DNA of 64,000 nucleotides from Arenicellales bacterium (lineage in GTDB: Bacteria > Pseudomonadota > Gammaproteobacteria > Arenicellales > Poriferihabitantaceae): NCBI GenBank assembly GCA_963693025.1, contig OY843749.1, positions 2,573,617 to 2,637,616 of the forward strand, written 5' to 3'. Each line of letters opens with the position of its first letter. The stretch's first letter is position 1. The translations under genes and the position numbers were made by a program. A model generated the notes under the pieces. It made no database searches and was not told where the DNA came from. It worked only from the letters and a program-made list of their open reading frames with translations. Positions 60,901 to 64,000 of this stretch are shown piece after piece.

Positions 60901-62851
60901 CGCGCCGGTCGTGCCGCACAATCTCAAAATCATGCAGCCAGCAGGTGGCGCCGTCGCATCGGCGGAACGAGTAGGGGCGCTCGCCGAGCACGCGCACGCT
61001 CATGTTTTCGAGGATTGGCAGCACGTCGGACAGGGCGATGGAGTCGCCCGAATACACCTTGAAACTGGCGCTTCGGTGGCCGCTCTCAACATCTCCGTCT
61101 CCGTCTCCCTGAGCGCGCTCACGGCGCGTCAGCACCGCGTGAATTTTGCCCGGTCCGACTTGCTCAAGCCGCTCCATGTCGGTAATTGCCTGCGCGACCG
61201 AAAACTCGTCTTGGTAACTCCCCGGAAACGCGTCGCGATACAAATCGAGCGCGCGGTTGGCGGCTTCGTAACCCGACTGCTGGCGAATGGATTCGTGCAA
61301 GTTGTCGTTCCAGTCGCGCGCCATCGCCTGCACCGCGCGCTCCAGTTTGGCGGTGTCCACCTTGCCGTGCGGGCGGTCACCACAATGGAGGAGATAGTGA
61401 ATGCGCGTCAGGATGGAGTCCGAAAAGTGGGCGTTGAACGAGACCTCGTCGGCGCCCAACTGCTCGCCGAGAAACGCCTGAATGCGCTGGCGCAAGGTGC
61501 TGTTGAACAAGTCGCGCGGGATATACACCAGGCAGGAATAAAAATGCCCGCCAATGTTGCGGTGCAGATGCACGCGCGTTTTGCGGCGTTCCAGGTGGTT
61601 GAGAATGGTCATGCACAGGCTGTATAAACTGCGCGTGTCCATCTGAAAAAGTTTTTCCCTGGGCAGCGTTTCGAGGATGGAATGCAGCGCTTTGTAAGCG
61701 TATCCGCCGGGGCGCAGCGTGCTTTCTTTAAGGATATAAGCGGTCTTGTTACGCAGGTGCGGAATGGCGGCGGTCGGCAGCATCGCCGACGACCCGGCGA
61801 GAAAGCCGAGGATGCAACTGAGCCGGCGTTTGCGCGGCGGTGTTGCGGACGTGGCGCCGGGTTTGAAAGCGTGGTCGATGAGGATGCAGTCGAAATAATT
61901 GGCGCGGTGAATGGTCGAGCGCCGCCGCGATTTGGTGAAAATCACCGGCGAGGTTCGGCTGAATGCGAGCGGCGGCAGGATGTCCATCGCCGCGGACTTA
62001 CCGTCGCGGCGATGCGCGGCGCGCAACACGCCCAGCAACGACTTCGCGTCAACGGATGCGCGCCGCCCGCCCGCGCTTTCGGTGACTTCCACCTCGGCAT
62101 ATCCGAGGAAGGCGAAGTTGTGATTTTCCATCCAGCGCAGCAGTTCGCCGTGCTCGGCGAAGGCTGGTCCCTGCTTGCGCGCGGCGAGCGTTTCGGCGAG
62201 CGACAACACATTGGCGCGCATCGCCGCCCAGTCCGCCACCACGCTTTCAATGTCGGCCATGACGGTGCGCAACTCCCGCGACAAACGCTGATGCTCGCGC
62301 TGCGGGGTGAAGTCCACGACGAACTGAATATAAGACTCAAGCAAGCCGCCGCGCGCATCCTCGTTGCCGTCGCCGTTATCGTTGTTCTCGCCGTCCTCCG
62401 CTTCGCCCTGGTAACGCGCCATTGTTTTGATGCGATGCCGGTGGTCGCGCCGCACCCGAAAACTGGGGTGAATGGTGCGGTGCGGCGTCTTGCGCATCGC
62501 ATTCAGTGCAATCGTCAGCGAGTCGATGATGAAGGGCTTGTCGTCGGTGATGATGCTGATGACCGTGGCGGCGCGCGCATCGCTCAGGGGGTTACGCGTA
62601 CCGCTCAGGGAGTCGCCCGCATCGCTCAGGTTATAAACCTCAATCAACGTCTCCCCCGGCGCGCGAGTCTCCCCAAGCCGCCGCTGCCTGAGCGCCGCCT
62701 CCCGAAACTCAAGCGCCTTATGCGGCGCAAAATCCTGCCCCGAAAGCCGATGATAAAACCCCCGCAAAAAAGCCGCCTCACTCTCACCGGGAACCGGCTT
62801 AACCGCCCGCCTGATAGTGGAAATAAGTTTTTCGGTAACCGCGTTTTTCAT
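57944..62851 (-). CDS. gdhB: Large NAD-specific glutamate dehydrogenase (Bac_GDH, about 180 kDa class)
   Basis: 1635-aa single ORF. Its size and catalytic-core motifs (GGLRWS, KGGFV, AADKGTATFSD) are typical of the giant NAD-GDH family. Confidence 0.88.
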   Translation of the reverse strand: MKNAVTEKLISTIRRAVKPVPGESEAAFLRGFYHRLSGQDFAPHKALEFREAALRQRRLGETRAPGETLIEVYNLSDAGDSLSGTRNPLSDARAATVISIITDDKPFIIDSLTIALNAMRKTPHRTIHPSFRVRRDHRHRIKTMARYQGEAEDGENNDNGDGNEDARGGLLESYIQFVVDFTPQREHQRLSRELRTVMADIESVVADWAAMRANVLSLAETLAARKQGPAFAEHGELLRWMENHNFAFLGYAEVEVTESAGGRRASVDAKSLLGVLRAAHRRDGKSAAMDILPPLAFSRTSPVIFTKSRRRSTIHRANYFDCILIDHAFKPGATSATPPRKRRLSCILGFLAGSSAMLPTAAIPHLRNKTAYILKESTLRPGGYAYKALHSILETLPREKLFQMDTRSLYSLCMTILNHLERRKTRVHLHRNIGGHFYSCLVYIPRDLFNSTLRQRIQAFLGEQLGADEVSFNAHFSDSILTRIHYLLHCGDRPHGKVDTAKLERAVQAMARDWNDNLHESIRQQSGYEAANRALDLYRDAFPGSYQDEFSVAQAITDMERLEQVGPGKIHAVLTRRERAQGDGDGDVESGHRSASFKVYSGDSIALSDVLPILENMSVRVLGERPYSFRRCDGATCWLHDFEIVRHDRREFDIDAGAENFQSTFTQAWHANIENDGFNQLTLLAGLNWKQTSLLRAYYRYLKQIRLRYSEHYIIEALANNPELVVSIADFFDARFNPALQRKGKSQGAGLRKIKSAIARQLEQVATLDEDRILHALLDVIDATLRTNYYQSDKHGGGKPYLALKLNSRAIPRIPEPAPEYEIFVYSPRVEGVHLRGGKVARGGLRWSERPEDFRTEVLGLVKAQRVKNAVIVPVGSKGGFVAKRLPETGRDAIQREVVACYRVFISGLLDLTDNLSGNKVIPPKDVVRIDGDDPYLVVAADKGTATFSDIANDLSQDYQFWLGDAFASGGSAGYDHKKMGITARGAWESVKRHFRELGKDIQSTDFTVAGIGDMAGDVFGNGMLLSKHIRLVAAFNHRHIFIDPAPDAAAGYKERKRLFKLPRSSWDDYRRELISAGGGVFERSAKSVTLSKQAKKALGASRDKVAPDDLINLILKAEVELLWNGGIGTYVKASAETDAAAQDKNNDGLRVDASQLRCKVIGEGGNLGMTQLARVEYALGGGLCYTDAIDNSAGVDTSDHEVNIKILLNAAIQRKLLAPERRNALLAKMEDEVGALVLGNNYAQAQALSVEAARATTQMPQQSRAIDALEAKGLLHREIEFLPDNAAIDERFEAGKWLTRPELAVLLSYGKMDLCRALLASDVPDDTYLAPEIDRYFPPLLAKKYPRLVRAHRLKREIIATQITNNLVGAMGPNFHLRFAALTGRDADDITRAYIAARDILDTPRIRADIEALDNRVGARAQIEMLEQTAAAMRLCVAWLLHNQTGPLNIRRLVSTFRPGCVKLKSLLKKTLGPGALAALEKRAAKGAADGAPPALAAQIAALPALGYAVDIADLAAHGKRGIAHTAAVYFRIRETLGLDWLEQTIDSLPAGNDWHERARFALSNDLRASHTAVTAKVLSGKGAASPNAMLTHWLDANRHPIQQIADMTATLKAEHAPDFAMLSVLLVELERLH

Positions 62852-62944
62852 CTGAAAATACCGTTAGTATGAAACCAAAAGCGCCCCGCGCACAATGCCA
62901 AAGTATAAGCCATCCCGGACAACACAAACAAAAATTCGCCACCA

Positions 62945-62978
62945 CTCGTCATTCCCAAGTACTCGTCATTCCCAAGTA
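62945..62978 (+). repeat. Two 17-bp tandem stutter copies of the MITE outer terminus (CTCGTCATTCCCAAGTA x2)
   Basis: Read directly. A third CTCGTCATTC begins the full element at 62979/62981. Confidence 0.8.
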
Positions 62979-62980
62979 CT

Positions 62981-63180
62981 CGTCATTCTCGAGCGTTAGT
63001 GTCCGTTGCCGCCGCGCTTTTTCTTTTAAGCGGCGGCTTACGGACACTTACGTCCTCGGGAATCTCCCTAAGACTGGCACAGGCTTCGCCAAAGTCCACG
63101 CTAGCCTTAGGGAGATTCCCGAAGGCGATGAAAAATATGGTCGCTAGCGCTCCCTATTTTTCTATCGTTCGAGAATGACG
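62981..63180 (+). mobile_element. MITE-like TIR element, short form (200 bp)
   Basis: CGTCATTCTCGAGCG at 62981 and CGTTCGAGAATGACG at 63166-63180. Confidence 0.85.
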
Positions 63181-63190
63181 AAGTTGGGGG

Positions 63191-63221
63191 CTCCCTATTT
63201 TTCTATCGTTCGAGAATGACG
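63191..63221 (+). repeat. Solo right end of the MITE
   Basis: CTCCCTATTTTTCTATCGTTCGAGAATGACG. Confidence 0.8.
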
Positions 63222-63232
63222 GGTATATAACT

Positions 63233-63433
63233 CGTCATTCTCGAGCGTTAGTGTCCGTTGCCGCCGCGCTTTTTCTTTAAGCGGCGGCTTACGGACACTT
63301 GCGTCCTCGGGAATCTCCCTAAGACTGGCACGGGCTTTGTTGGAATTCACGGTAGCCTTAGGGAGATTCCCGAAGGCGATGAAAAATATGGTCGCCTGTC
63401 GGCTCCCTATTTTTCTATCGTTCGAGAATGACG
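63233..63433 (+). mobile_element. MITE-like TIR element, short form (201 bp)
   Basis: CGTCATTCTCGAGCG at 63233 and CGTTCGAGAATGACG at 63419-63433. Confidence 0.85.
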
Positions 63434-63443
63434 GGCTTTTTGT

Positions 63444-63475
63444 CGGCTCCCTATTTTCTACCGTTCGAGAATGAC
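63444..63475 (+). repeat. Solo right end of the MITE
   Basis: CGGCTCCCTATTTTCTACCGTTCGAGAATGACG. Confidence 0.8.
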
Positions 63476-63494
63476 GAGGAGTTCCCTTTCTTTA

Positions 63495-64000
63495 TTAATA
63501 CCACCGATCCTCCCGACCACCCTTAATCCGCTCCATATACGCCAACAACCCCTCATCCACCCCTTCATCAATCGCCGGCGGTTGATATTCCGCCAGTTGT
63601 TTTTTCCAAATCGCATTGGCGCGTTGTTCGTCATTTAGTTGCCCTTGTTCCAGCCATTGTTCGTAGGAATTGCTGTCGGCGGTGGTGGATTCGTAGACTT
63701 GGGTGTAGTTGTTCATGGTGTGGGTGGTGCCGAGGAAGTGTTGGCCGTGTTCGGTTTCGCGGTAGGCGTCCAGGGCGAAGTCGTTGGCGTTTAGGGAGAG
63801 GCCGGCGAATAGTTTTGCCATCATCGCGCAGCGGTCGGCGTCCTGGATGAATTTTTCGTAGCCCATGGTGAGCCCGCCTTCCAGCCAGCCGGCGGCGTGC
63901 AGTACGAAATTGGCGCCGGACAGCAATGCCGGTAGCAGCGACTGGGCGCTTTCCTGGGCGGCTTGCGCGTCGCCGGTTTTGGACGAGGTGAATGCGCCGC
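63495..64000 (-). CDS. MttB-family (trimethylamine/glycine-betaine type) methyltransferase, C-terminal part only
   Basis: The frame is open to the window end, and the listed TTG start is an artefact. ...LLSGANFVLHAAGWLEGGLTMGYEKFIQDAD... and the C-terminus ...GGREDRWY resemble the MttB superfamily. Confidence 0.75.
   Translation of the reverse strand, partial: GAFTSSKTGDAQAAQESAQSLLPALLSGANFVLHAAGWLEGGLTMGYEKFIQDADRCAMMAKLFAGLSLNANDFALDAYRETEHGQHFLGTTHTMNNYTQVYESTTADSNSYEQWLEQGQLNDEQRANAIWKKQLAEYQPPAIDEGVDEGLLAYMERIKGGREDRWY

Overview
64-kb chromosomal window from a high-GC genome with Gammaproteobacteria-like gene order; I cannot name the organism. All calls come from manual reading of the sequence and ORF track, with no searches run.

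Core content, left to right:
- aceA (cut by the window edge), aceK
- glnK-amtB, dksA
- an in-frame ratA-rnfH fusion, then smpB and tmRNA (tag ANDDNYALAA)
- cspA, and a DUF785 protease gene with rimK
- a methylated-amine block: tmm, a degenerate Fic-like gene, tdm
- an orphan parA-like gene, hemW
- a complete dcw cluster, mraZ-rsmH-ftsL-ftsI-murE-murF-mraY-murD-ftsW-murG-murC-murB-ftsQ-ftsA-ftsZ-lpxC, with no ddl
- a DUF721/DciA-like gene, secA, argJ, mutT, coaE
- iscR-sufB ... sufC-sufD-sufT-Rieske ferredoxin
- murA, hisD, hisC, yfhL-type ferredoxin, coaD, rsmD, ftsY, infA
- a 1635-aa NAD-glutamate dehydrogenase and a partial mttB-family gene

Two things are not explained by ordinary annotation.

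1. The sufB-sufC junction (43.9-47.7 kb) holds about 3.8 kb of extra DNA, and the segment from about 44.0 to 46.5 kb is visibly AT-richer than its surroundings. Three direct copies of the sufC 5-prime end (two relics plus the intact gene) split it into three small cassettes:
   - a HARE-HTH plus PD-(D/E)xK-like nuclease
   - a ParA-like ATPase translationally coupled to an unknown 162-aa protein
   - a cytochrome c / cytochrome b561 pair
   No recombinase is present. This is my best candidate for an undescribed mobile or accessory system.

2. A TIR-bounded, hairpin-rich MITE-like element of about 200 or 265 bp occurs 12 times in full, plus about 6 solo ends, and sits in 8 intergenic sites. One site is inside the dcw operon. 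It carries a nested mini-element whose hairpin shows compensatory base changes, and it supplies the stop codons of two genes.
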